A stretch of 64,000 nt of DNA from Chloroflexia bacterium. Lineage in GTDB: Bacteria > Chloroflexota > Chloroflexia > QHBQ01. This document shows, piece after piece, positions 17,824 through 26,377 of the stretch; position 1 is the stretch's first letter; each line of letters begins with the position of its first letter. A model generated the notes under the pieces. The model searched no databases. It saw only the letters and a program-made list of their open reading frames with translations, and was not told the origin of the DNA. The stretch covers positions 9,214 to 73,213 of the forward strand of contig JBBROH010000002.1 of the NCBI GenBank assembly GCA_038229595.1. The letters run 5' to 3'. The position numbers and the translations under genes are program-made.

Positions 17824-18846
17824 TCATTTGCCGTACACATCGCGCATCATTTCACTGAGCAAGCGGGAGACGTAGCGCACACCACTGATCGTGCGGCCAT
17901 ACTCCATACGGGTTGGGCCAATGATACCCAGCACCCCCGCCTTCTCATCCACCCCATAGCGGGTAAGGATGATACTACACTGGCGCAGATCATTCAGCTT
18001 GTTCTCGTCGCCGATGATCACCTGCACACCCTCCTGGTTGAGTACGTCGGGCAGGATGGTGAGCAGCACCCCTCCATTCTCCAACAGTTCGATCACCTGC
18101 TTAACCCGCTCGGTCGCCTTGAACTCTGGCTGGTTGAGCATCTTGACCAGCCCATCGTAGGTAATATCGCGGCTGCTGAAGTCTTCTACCGAACGGAGCA
18201 GGCCGATCATCTGGCTCTCCACCGCCCGCTCAAACTCGTTCAGGTCGCCATCGGCCAGCGGTATCTCTAGCAAACTCTTGCCACGCAGCAAGGCGGTCAG
18301 CTTGTTGCCGACGGTCGCCAACTCATCTTCGCTGCGCTGCTGGTCGAGGGTGATCACCGCCTGGCGCACAGTACCATCGTTGGTGACCAGGATCAGCAGG
18401 GCGGTGTGGTCTTGCAGGCTGAGTAGCTGACACTGCTTGAACAACACGCTCGGCCCCTTCGGTTCGGTGATGATCGCGGCGTTCTGCAAAGCACGGGAGA
18501 GAACCGCAGTGCTGAGACGCATCCACTCGTCCAGGTCGCGCTGCACCTGGTAGAACTGGTGCTGGATGGTGCGCTGCTCGTCGTTGGAGAGGTTGCCACT
18601 ATTGTCCAGCAGGTTCTCCACAAAGTAGCGGTAGCCCTTGTCGGAGGGGATGCGACCAGCGGAGGTGTGGGGGTGGGTGATATAGCCAGCAGCCTCCAAT
18701 TCGGCCATCTCGTTCCGCACCGTGGCGGGCTTCACGCCCAGGCCAGAGCGAGCCGCGATATTCTCGCTGGCGACGGGATGGACGGTGCTGATGTATTCTT
18801 CGACGATCACCTGGAGGATACGCCGCTGGCGTTCACTGAGTTCCAC
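17824..18846 (-). CDS. hrcA: heat-inducible transcription repressor HrcA
   Basis: Winged-helix N-terminus (LSERQRRILQVIVEEYISTVHPVASENIAARSGLGVKPATVRNEMAELEAAGYITHPHTSAGRIPSDKGYRYFV). Probable GTG start at 18846 with an AGGGG RBS. The track's TTG start at 18906 would overlap the operator. Confidence 0.85.
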   Translation of the reverse strand: MELSERQRRILQVIVEEYISTVHPVASENIAARSGLGVKPATVRNEMAELEAAGYITHPHTSAGRIPSDKGYRYFVENLLDNSGNLSNDEQRTIQHQFYQVQRDLDEWMRLSTAVLSRALQNAAIITEPKGPSVLFKQCQLLSLQDHTALLILVTNDGTVRQAVITLDQQRSEDELATVGNKLTALLRGKSLLEIPLADGDLNEFERAVESQMIGLLRSVEDFSSRDITYDGLVKMLNQPEFKATERVKQVIELLENGGVLLTILPDVLNQEGVQVIIGDENKLNDLRQCSIILTRYGVDEKAGVLGIIGPTRMEYGRTISGVRYVSRLLSEMMRDVYGK

Positions 18847-18894
18847 GGCTGCAAACCCCTGACTTGATAGTGCCACGCTCAAGCTGTCGGCTGA

Positions 18895-18920
18895 TTGGCA
18901 CTCCAAGATGCGAGTGCTAT
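18895..18920. promoter_or_regulatory. CIRCE-like HrcA operator (TTGGCACTC-N8-GAGTGCTAT)
   Basis: Inverted repeat matching the CIRCE consensus TTAGCACTC-N9-GAGTGCTAA at 7/9 and 8/9 positions, but with an 8-nt spacer. Located about 50 nt upstream of hrcA in the hrcA/MFS divergent region. Confidence 0.6.
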
Positions 18921-19063
18921 CTGTTGCCTAATAATACAACTTGAGCCTGATCATGTCAAGGGTAGAGCCAATGGGCGCGGCTGGTCTAATGTAGGTCTAA
19001 TAGGCAGCTTGGCAGAAAGATCGGGCGGAAGTGGTATTTACAGAGTCAGCCCAGTGAGGCATA

Positions 19064-20374
19064 ATGAGGCAGCATGAACGGGAGGCTAGCATGGCGCAAC
19101 TGAAAGAGGGGGCAGGAGGGGGAGAGAGGGCAGAGGAAGCGACAGCGAAGCAACCCTCGCTCTGGCGCAACCACGACTTCATCCTGCTCTGGGGCGGGCA
19201 GGTGGTCTCGCAACTGGGCAGCAGTATGTCGGGTTTTGCCCTCACCCTGCTGATCCTGGCCCTGACCAACTCGCCACAAGCGGCAGGGATCGCCGGGGGG
19301 TTGGTTTGGGTACCCTACATCCTCCTCAGCCTGCCCGCTGGTGCGCTGGTAGACCGCTGGGATCGCAAGTGGGTGCTGATCGTCTGCGACACGATCCGGG
19401 CTGCAAACATGGCAAGCATCCCCCTCGCGCTCGCCCTCGGCGGCCTGAGCGTCTGGCTGATTTATGCTAATGCGCTGATAGACGGTTGCTGCTTCGTCTT
19501 CTTCGTTGCGGCAGAGACGGCGGCCATCCCTCGCGTAGTGACTAAGGAGCAGTTGGCCGCGGCCAACAGCCAGTTCTACGCGGCTGGCAGTGTGGTCGAA
19601 CTGCTGGGCGCGCCGCTCGGTGGCTTCCTGTTCAAGAGCGTGGGCCGCACCTTCCCCTTCGTCTTCGATGCGATCTCATACGCTGCCTCGGTCGTCTCCC
19701 TCACCTTCATCAAGACCGACTTCCAGGGCGAACGGGCCAAGAGCGACCGCCACCTCTGGGCCGAGATCAAGGAGGGCATGGCCTGGATTTGGCAGCGGCC
19801 CTTCGTCAAGATGATGGCCCTGCTCAACCTGGGGGCGAACGGCATCATCGGCTGCATTGCGCTGCTGCTGGTCGTGCGGGCGCGCGAGCTTGGCGCAGAC
19901 GAGCCGACTACGGGGCTACTGCTAAGTATGTGGGCGATAGGGGGGTTGCTCGTGTCGCTGCTCAATGAGCGGCTACGGCTGCGGATCAGCTATGGGCGGA
20001 TCATGATCGGCAGCTTGTGGGCGGAGATGGCCTGCATGGTACTCTACGCCCTGGCTCCCAACCTCTGGCTACTGGGCCTGGTGGCCGTAAGCTGGGCGAT
20101 CACCACCACATTCTACGACCTCAACCAGTATCCCTACCGGCTGGCCCTGATCCCCGACCAGTTGCAGGGGCGGGTGAACAGCGCGTTCCGCCTGGTAGCC
20201 TGGGGCATTCGGCCTATCGCGGCAGTGGCGGCTGGCTGGTTGCTGGAACACGTCGGCGCACAAACGACATTCGTAGTGCTGGCAGTCTGGATCACCATCT
20301 TTGCCGGGCTGGCAACGGCCAGCCGCCTGATCCGCACGGCGGTGCCGCTGGAGCAACTAGAGGCTACAGCCTGA
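19064..20374 (+). CDS. MFS transporter (12 TM)
   Basis: Two 6-helix halves, hydrophobic throughout. N-terminal Glu/Gly-rich tail. Possible alternative start at MAQLKEG (19091). Confidence 0.7.
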   Translation: MRQHEREASMAQLKEGAGGGERAEEATAKQPSLWRNHDFILLWGGQVVSQLGSSMSGFALTLLILALTNSPQAAGIAGGLVWVPYILLSLPAGALVDRWDRKWVLIVCDTIRAANMASIPLALALGGLSVWLIYANALIDGCCFVFFVAAETAAIPRVVTKEQLAAANSQFYAAGSVVELLGAPLGGFLFKSVGRTFPFVFDAISYAASVVSLTFIKTDFQGERAKSDRHLWAEIKEGMAWIWQRPFVKMMALLNLGANGIIGCIALLLVVRARELGADEPTTGLLLSMWAIGGLLVSLLNERLRLRISYGRIMIGSLWAEMACMVLYALAPNLWLLGLVAVSWAITTTFYDLNQYPYRLALIPDQLQGRVNSAFRLVAWGIRPIAAVAAGWLLEHVGAQTTFVVLAVWITIFAGLATASRLIRTAVPLEQLEATA

Positions 20375-20519
20375 TCTTCTTTGGCGGCAACCCAGGCTGC
20401 GGCGACCAACGCCTGTCGCTAACCGCATCCCGCTACGGTGTAGCAGCGGCTGTAGCATAACAGGATCAGTAACAGGTTGGCCCCATTTGTGGTTATAGCT
20501 TGCAACAAAGCAGAGGAGA

Positions 20520-21593
20520 GTGCCAGTGGCAAGCCAGCCAACCAACGCAAGCAGCCGCCGCAGCGTGATCACAGTCGAACACCTGAGCAAACGCTTCGGC
20601 GCGCAGGTGTCGGTCAACGACGTTAGCTTCGAGGTGTATGAGGGAGAGATATTCGGCTTCATCGGCCCCTCTGGGTCGGGTAAGACCACCACCATGCGGC
20701 TGATCACCGGCATCTACGAACCCAGCGGCGGGCGGGTGCGGATGCTCGGTCAGAACCCCCATCACTCGGCTAGCAGGCTGCACGAACGCTTTGGCTATAT
20801 GCCCCAGTTGTTCGTCCTCTACCCCAGCCTCAGCGTGATGGAGAACATGAACTTCGTTGCCTCGATCTACGGTATGCCCTGGTGGAAGCGCAAGGCGCAG
20901 GTGCGCGAGGCACTCGATTTCGCCGAACTGTGGGAGCATCGCGGCAAGTTGGCGGGCAACATCTCTGGCGGGATGCAGCGGCGGCTAGAACTGGCCGCTA
21001 CCCTCGTCCATCGCCCCACCATCATCTTCGTGGACGAGCCGACAGCGGGTATTGACCCGATCCTGCGCGCTAAGTTCTGGCAAGAGTTCCGCAAACTGCG
21101 CGATGCGGGCCGCACCCTGTTCGTCACCACCCAGTACATTGGCGAGAGCGAATACTGCGACCGGGTGGGGGTGATCAACAAGGGGCGGCTGATCGCCATT
21201 GGCACGCCGGTGGAGTTGCGCCGCCGCGCCCTCGGTGGCAGCGAGGCGATTGACCTGACGGTAGACAGCCGCCACACCTGCCCGATGCTAGAGCAGATAC
21301 TCAAGCCACTGCCAAACTATCGCGGCATTGAGGATTTGGCCCACGGCACCATCCGCGTCTACGTGGCCGACGCAGGCGAGGCCACGCCCGACATAGCGGC
21401 GGCTCTGCAAGAGGCTGGCGTAGAGGTCAAGAGCCTCAGCGAGTACAAGCCCAACTTCGACGAGGTCTTCTTCCAACTGATGGAGCAGGACGCTGCCGAC
21501 CACCCCGACGAGACGCAGGACAGCGAAGGGGTGACACTGGAGCGGCTGGAGCGGCGTAGCGACCGCCAGGCCACCAACCAGGGGAGGAAGTAG
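20520..21593 (+). CDS. ABC transporter ATP-binding protein (ABC-2 exporter ATPase) with C-terminal extension
   Basis: Walker A GPSGSGKTT. Signature LSGGMQRRLELAATL. Walker B IIFVDEPTAGID. Confidence 0.85.
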   Translation: MPVASQPTNASSRRSVITVEHLSKRFGAQVSVNDVSFEVYEGEIFGFIGPSGSGKTTTMRLITGIYEPSGGRVRMLGQNPHHSASRLHERFGYMPQLFVLYPSLSVMENMNFVASIYGMPWWKRKAQVREALDFAELWEHRGKLAGNISGGMQRRLELAATLVHRPTIIFVDEPTAGIDPILRAKFWQEFRKLRDAGRTLFVTTQYIGESEYCDRVGVINKGRLIAIGTPVELRRRALGGSEAIDLTVDSRHTCPMLEQILKPLPNYRGIEDLAHGTIRVYVADAGEATPDIAAALQEAGVEVKSLSEYKPNFDEVFFQLMEQDAADHPDETQDSEGVTLERLERRSDRQATNQGRK

Positions 21594-21595
21594 CG

Positions 21596-23164
21596 ATGCC
21601 GCTAATCAAGATGCTGGTGCGCCTCAGCGCGTTTTTGGGCAAGGAGGTAGCCGAGGTGCGGCGGCAATTGCGCCTGGTCTTTACCCTGGTGCTTGGCCCC
21701 TTCCTCATCCTCTTTATCTTCGGTATCGGCTACGTCAGCAAGCAGCAGAGCCTGACTACGATCATCGTGGGGCCGCCAGGAACGCAGGCTCGCAGTGCGG
21801 AGATCAAGAAGCAGTTTGCTGTTGAGCAACTGGACGTGCGCGAAGTGACGGAAGACCTAGGCCGGGCGATGAGCGAACTACATGACCGCCGGGTAGATGC
21901 GGTGGCGGTGATTCCCACCGACCCCTACAGCGACATCTTGGGCGGCAAGCAGGCCGAATTGCGGCTCAACGTCAACGAGATTGACCCGGTGAAGATCAAC
22001 ATCGTCTACTTCCTCACCTATGCCTACTCTAACGAACTGAACAAGCGCATCCTCGAAGCGGGCTTCAAGCAAGGGCAGGCGGGCCTTACCGACTTGCAGG
22101 GGCAGGTGGGCCAATTGCGCCAGGCGGTCAACCGCTTGCAAGCGGGCTTGCAGGCCAACGACGTGCAGGCGGTGACGAAGGAGAGTGGCGACCTGCTGAC
22201 TAGCAGCAACTCCGTCCTGGTCGTTCTCGCCGTCGCGGGCGGTGCCGTAAACAACGACCAGCTAGCAGCAGTGCCGATCAGCCCGGCAGGTCAGCAGAAG
22301 GTGGACAGCATCAACAAGGCGCAGACCGCTATCCGCCGCCTGAACGACAACGTGCAGGCGATCCGCAGCGATGCCCTGCGCGGCCAGGCGAGTCGGGAGC
22401 AGCAGGTGCAACGCCTCAAGCAGGTAGATGAAGACCTCGCTACCCTGGAAGCAACCACTGGGCAGATCACCAACATCGCCCCCGGTGTCCTGGTCTCCCC
22501 CTTCCGCGCCATCGTCAAGAATGAGGCCAGCAAGGAGGACAACTCCAACGGCGTTGAGATCAACTTCATCAACTACTACACCCCTGCCGTCCTTGCCCTG
22601 CTGCTCCAACACATCGCCGTCACCTTCGCAGCCCTCTCGCTAGTGCGTGAACGGACAATCGGCACGCTCGAACTGTTCCGCGTCGCCCCGATCCACGCCA
22701 CCGAAATCCTGGTCAGCAAGTACGTTGCCTACATCCTGTTCGTGGCCGTGGTCGGTGCTGCCCTGGTCGGTGCGCTAGTCAGCCCGCTGCTGGGCGTACC
22801 GTTCAAGGGCGACCCCGTCTGGTTCAGCCTGACCGCCCTCGCGCTGGTCTTCGCCAGCCTGGGCCTGGGCTTCTTCATCAGCCTAATCTCCCAAACCGAG
22901 TCGCAGGCGGTGCAGTTGTCGATGCTGGTGCTGCTCACCTCGGTCTTCTTCAGCGGCTTCTTCCTCTCGCTCAGCAGCTTCAACCAGTACGTGCAGTATG
23001 GAGCGCAAGGGCTACCGATCACTCACGGCATCCAGGGCTTCCAGCAGGTCATGCTGCGCGGCCAGCTACCGACCGACTACGTAATCGGCGCACTGACGAC
23101 GATGGGGCTGATCTTCTTCGTGATCAACTGGCTGCTGTTCCGCCGCGAGTTGGCTAAGGGCTAA
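21596..23164 (+). CDS. ABC-2 family permease with large extracytoplasmic coiled-coil domain
   Basis: N-terminal TM, about 280-aa soluble Gln/Ala-rich domain, five C-terminal TM helices. Translationally coupled to the ATPase. Confidence 0.7.
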   Translation: MPLIKMLVRLSAFLGKEVAEVRRQLRLVFTLVLGPFLILFIFGIGYVSKQQSLTTIIVGPPGTQARSAEIKKQFAVEQLDVREVTEDLGRAMSELHDRRVDAVAVIPTDPYSDILGGKQAELRLNVNEIDPVKINIVYFLTYAYSNELNKRILEAGFKQGQAGLTDLQGQVGQLRQAVNRLQAGLQANDVQAVTKESGDLLTSSNSVLVVLAVAGGAVNNDQLAAVPISPAGQQKVDSINKAQTAIRRLNDNVQAIRSDALRGQASREQQVQRLKQVDEDLATLEATTGQITNIAPGVLVSPFRAIVKNEASKEDNSNGVEINFINYYTPAVLALLLQHIAVTFAALSLVRERTIGTLELFRVAPIHATEILVSKYVAYILFVAVVGAALVGALVSPLLGVPFKGDPVWFSLTALALVFASLGLGFFISLISQTESQAVQLSMLVLLTSVFFSGFFLSLSSFNQYVQYGAQGLPITHGIQGFQQVMLRGQLPTDYVIGALTTMGLIFFVINWLLFRRELAKG

Positions 23165-25717
23165 CTCGCCTAGCAGGTTGAAGACCGCCTGGGCTGCCTG
23201 CGCCCGCGTCAGGGTGCTGCGTGGCGAGAAGGTGGTCGCGCTCGTCCCTTGCATCAGGCCGTGCAGCCGGGCCGCCTCTACCCAGCCGTAGAAGATATTG
23301 CTGGGCGACACGTCGCTGAAGCTGGGGCTGGCTGGCTGTTGGGGGCCGAAGCCAGCCGCAGCGGTTAGCATCTTCGCCATCTGCTCCCGCGTTACGCTGG
23401 CGTAGGGCTGGAAGTTGCCATCGCTGTAGCCACTAATCACCCCATGTGCGTAGGCGGTCTCCACGTAGCGGTAGAGGAGGTTGCTGGCTGGCACGTCGCG
23501 GAAGGTGGCAGTAGCAGGGTTGAGCAACGGCCAGCCCTGGGCCTGGGTCAGCATCTTGGCTAGCTCGTCCCGCCGCACCTGGGCGTTGGGCGCAAACAGG
23601 TTCGGCCCTGTCCCCTGCACCACCCCACGAGCATTGAGCCAACTGATCGCTGTCCAGGCCCAGTAACTATTTGGCACATCAATGTAAGTGTAGGTGGCCG
23701 CCTTCTGGCGGATCAGTTCGCGCTGCACCGCCCGCAGGTTGACCGCCCGTGGCTGGATGTTGGCTGCCGCCGCTTGCGCCGCCGCGACCCCCGCCGCCTG
23801 GCCCATTGCCGCCCGCACTGGCTCCATCCGCAACGCGCCAAAGCCGAGGTGGGTGGCCGAGGCCGCCAGCGGCACCAACAAACCATCCAACCTGAGTGGC
23901 ACGATTGCGCGGTATGGCACCTGGTAGGGCTGGGTGTTGCCCAACCACATATTGCCATCTGCGAACTGCCTGCCATTGCCGTCAGCGATCAGGCGCACGG
24001 TATGCGAGTCCAACGCGTACTGGCCGGTGGCGATGCTGTCGGTGAAGTAGCGGCTGACCGTGCTGCACCCCTGGCTGAGGCAGGCGTAATCGCGCTCGCT
24101 GAGGGTGTATTCGCCGATTAGCCGATTACCCTCGCGGATGTAGAGCAAGGGTGGCAGGCCGTCTAGTGTGCCGTACTCGTTGGTAGGCAGCCAGTCTTGG
24201 GCGGCAGGCACCCGCTGGCGCGCCCAGTAGACAAAGCTGAGGGCGTAGAGGCGGTGTTGCTGCTCAATAGCCGAGCGGCTGGCGGGGTTGGTCAGGTAGT
24301 TGTCCTCGCGCTCGACCGAGAGGTAGTTGCCGCCAGGGATATCGGCATAGTTCAGTTCGATCTTGTTGTTCGGCAGCAACCGCCGCCAGTTGAACCAGAT
24401 GTCGTTGAAGTAGCCGATGCTGTTTGCGCCATTGGTCGTGCTGAACTGCTGCACATACGCCTGGTAGAGGCTGTTCTGGTCGCCAGTGCGCCCCTGTGGA
24501 TCGGCGATGCTGGCGAAGGGGTGGGGCATAGTGCGGTTCGGCTGGTAGACGAGGGTCATCAGGTAGCTGTAGGCTTGCAAGCCGTAGTCGCCGTCGCCGA
24601 CCGACTCGCCGACCTGGGGCGGCACGAAGGTCTTGCCCGCGTCCAGTTCGTCAAAGGTGCGCGGGCGCAGAGGGAGCGGGGCAGCATTGTCGGTGCTGCT
24701 ACGTTCGCGGCCAAAGGCATAGTCCTGCCAGCGGGTGCCAGCGTCGGCCAGCACGTCGCCGCGGCTGGTCGCATCGATCACCACTTTGCCGTAGAGCGCA
24801 CTGCTCTGCCCCCCGCTGAGGACGTAGACCCCGCGCACGCTATTGCCCGCAGTGATCACCCCGCTGTAAGCGGTGTTGAGCAGCAGAGTGACAGTCAGCC
24901 CTTGCAGCAGTTGCATCATCTGGTTCTGGGCCACCAGTGGCTCATAGGTGAAGCCGTCGGTGGGGTAGTCATTCGCAGGATTGCAGACCAGGTTGTAGAC
25001 TTGCAGGTAGGCGGCGTGGGTCGGCGGGGTAGTAGCGGTGTTGGTGTACCAGGTGTAGAGCGAGTGGCCGCTATAATAGCTGCCGCCGCCCACTTTGGCC
25101 TGCATCGCCCCGGCCACCGTCGGCTGCTCGAAGTTAGTATCTACCAGCAGCGGCGGCGGGCTGTAGCATTGCAGTTGGCCGCTGTTGCGCTGGCTGCGGT
25201 AGTAGGCGCGCACCGCCAGGCGAAACTGCTCGAACAGGCCGCTGATCGCTGTCGGGTTGCCGTCGGTTGCGCCGAGGCCGCCCGCACTGACCATGCCGCC
25301 CAGCCAGCCGCTCTCCTCGACCAGTGCAACCCGCGCCCCCAGCCGGGCCGCAGCAACGGCAGCCGCCACCCCCGCCGAGGTACCGCCCACTACCACCACG
25401 TCGAACTGGTTGGCGGCGGGCGTAGCCGTTGGCGGCGGGACAGTTGTCGCAGTCGCAGTCAGGGTGGCGGTAGCGGTCACAGTCGCAGTCGCAGCCGCAG
25501 TCAGGGTGGCGGTAGCGGTAGCGGTCACAGTCGCAGTCGCAGTCAGGGTGGCGGTAGGGGTCAGAGACGTGGCTGGGGTGGGGGTTGCGCTGGGCGGGTC
25601 AGCGGTGGCCGTCGCGGTGGGGTTGCCACCGCTGGGGGCGGGCTGGCTCTGCGCCTGTGCGAGGGTGGGGAGCAGCAGGCTGGCGACGAGGATAAGCAGG
25701 AACAGGCGGTGCTTCAA
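23066..25717 (-). CDS. secreted FAD-dependent oxidoreductase (FAD_oxidored family) with Thr/Ala repeat linker and C-terminal SLH domains
   Basis: Signal peptide MKHRLFLLILVASLLLPTLAQA. Rossmann dinucleotide motif VVVVGGTSAGVAAAVAAARLGARVALVEESGWLGGM. About 550-aa catalytic region. SLH repeats FRDVPASNLLYRYVETAYAHGVISGY..., FSDVSPSNIFYGWVEAARLHGLMQG... Convergently overlaps the ABC-2 permease 3' end by 99 nt. Confidence 0.65.
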   Translation of the reverse strand: MKHRLFLLILVASLLLPTLAQAQSQPAPSGGNPTATATADPPSATPTPATSLTPTATLTATATVTATATATLTAAATATVTATATLTATATTVPPPTATPAANQFDVVVVGGTSAGVAAAVAAARLGARVALVEESGWLGGMVSAGGLGATDGNPTAISGLFEQFRLAVRAYYRSQRNSGQLQCYSPPPLLVDTNFEQPTVAGAMQAKVGGGSYYSGHSLYTWYTNTATTPPTHAAYLQVYNLVCNPANDYPTDGFTYEPLVAQNQMMQLLQGLTVTLLLNTAYSGVITAGNSVRGVYVLSGGQSSALYGKVVIDATSRGDVLADAGTRWQDYAFGRERSSTDNAAPLPLRPRTFDELDAGKTFVPPQVGESVGDGDYGLQAYSYLMTLVYQPNRTMPHPFASIADPQGRTGDQNSLYQAYVQQFSTTNGANSIGYFNDIWFNWRRLLPNNKIELNYADIPGGNYLSVEREDNYLTNPASRSAIEQQHRLYALSFVYWARQRVPAAQDWLPTNEYGTLDGLPPLLYIREGNRLIGEYTLSERDYACLSQGCSTVSRYFTDSIATGQYALDSHTVRLIADGNGRQFADGNMWLGNTQPYQVPYRAIVPLRLDGLLVPLAASATHLGFGALRMEPVRAAMGQAAGVAAAQAAAANIQPRAVNLRAVQRELIRQKAATYTYIDVPNSYWAWTAISWLNARGVVQGTGPNLFAPNAQVRRDELAKMLTQAQGWPLLNPATATFRDVPASNLLYRYVETAYAHGVISGYSDGNFQPYASVTREQMAKMLTAAAGFGPQQPASPSFSDVSPSNIFYGWVEAARLHGLMQGTSATTFSPRSTLTRAQAAQAVFNLLGELALSQLAAEQQPVDHEEDQPHRRQCADYVVGR
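25441..25570. repeat. short-period coding tandem repeats (gtcgcagtc/gcggtagcggtcaca units) encoding a (T-A-T-V/L)n linker
   Basis: Visible periodicity cgcagtcgcagtcagggtggcggtagcggtcacagt... repeated about 3 times. Translates to TATLTATATVTATATATLTAAATATVTATATLTATATT. Confidence 0.6.
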
Positions 25718-25733
25718 TTACTTACTTCTCCGT

Positions 25734-26084
25734 TTAGTAGTGCGGGCTGAACAGGTCGGGGATCGCTAGCAGCGTCGCCACGATGATGCCTAGCGCGAAG
25801 ATGAGGCCGAGGGCAAGGAACAGCCACTCCGTCCACTTGCGCTGGCGTGCGCTGGCCTGCTTCGGCGGGTAGTATTGGGCTGAGAGGTCTTCGTTGGCGT
25901 ACTCTGGCAGGTGGTCAGCCTCTGCCCTTTGCTGCCAGGGGTCAGCCTGGGGCCGGGGCTGCCGCTGGCGGCGGGGGGTGGCAGCGTAGGTGGCGGCTGC
26001 CTCCTCCTCGTCGGCCAGCAGGTAGTCGGGCAGGGCAGCAGTGTCGCTGGTTGGCTGCTTCTCTTTGTCTATGTCCATGTTCAT
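25734..26084 (-). CDS. hypothetical small protein with C-terminal transmembrane anchor
   Basis: MNMDIDKEKQPTSDTAALPDYLLADEEE...WTEWLFLALGLIFALGIIVATLLAIPDLFSPHY. Acidic/Gln-rich then a single TM. The ORF-track N-terminal extension up to 26480 is implausible because it overlaps the RAM gene. Confidence 0.3.
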   Translation of the reverse strand: MNMDIDKEKQPTSDTAALPDYLLADEEEAAATYAATPRRQRQPRPQADPWQQRAEADHLPEYANEDLSAQYYPPKQASARQRKWTEWLFLALGLIFALGIIVATLLAIPDLFSPHY

Positions 26085-26098
26085 CCGTTCAGTTGCGC

Positions 26099-26377
26099 TC
26101 AATCCAGCCCGATTGACCAGATCGCTTCCATGTCCTTGCGCGAGTAGCACTGGAAGGCCACCATCGTGCGCGTGTTGGTAATCGCGCTGATCGCGGCAAA
26201 GCGGCTGGTCACCACGTCGGCCAACGCCTCGTACTCCTTCACCCGCACGATAGCCACCAGATCGTACTCGCCAGTGACAGAGTAGACCTCCTTCACCTCT
26301 GGGATCGCCAGCAGAGCCTCGGCGGTGGCCGGGATGCGCTGCCGCTCGGCTCCAATCATCACGATTGCGGTAATCAT
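26099..26377 (-). CDS. stand-alone Lrp/AsnC ligand-binding (RAM) domain protein
   Basis: 92 aa. [75 protein letters not shown] is the beta-alpha-beta-beta-alpha-beta RAM fold pattern with no DNA-binding domain. Start overlaps the kinase stop by 4 nt. Confidence 0.55.
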   Translation of the reverse strand: MITAIVMIGAERQRIPATAEALLAIPEVKEVYSVTGEYDLVAIVRVKEYEALADVVTSRFAAISAITNTRTMVAFQCYSRKDMEAIWSIGLD

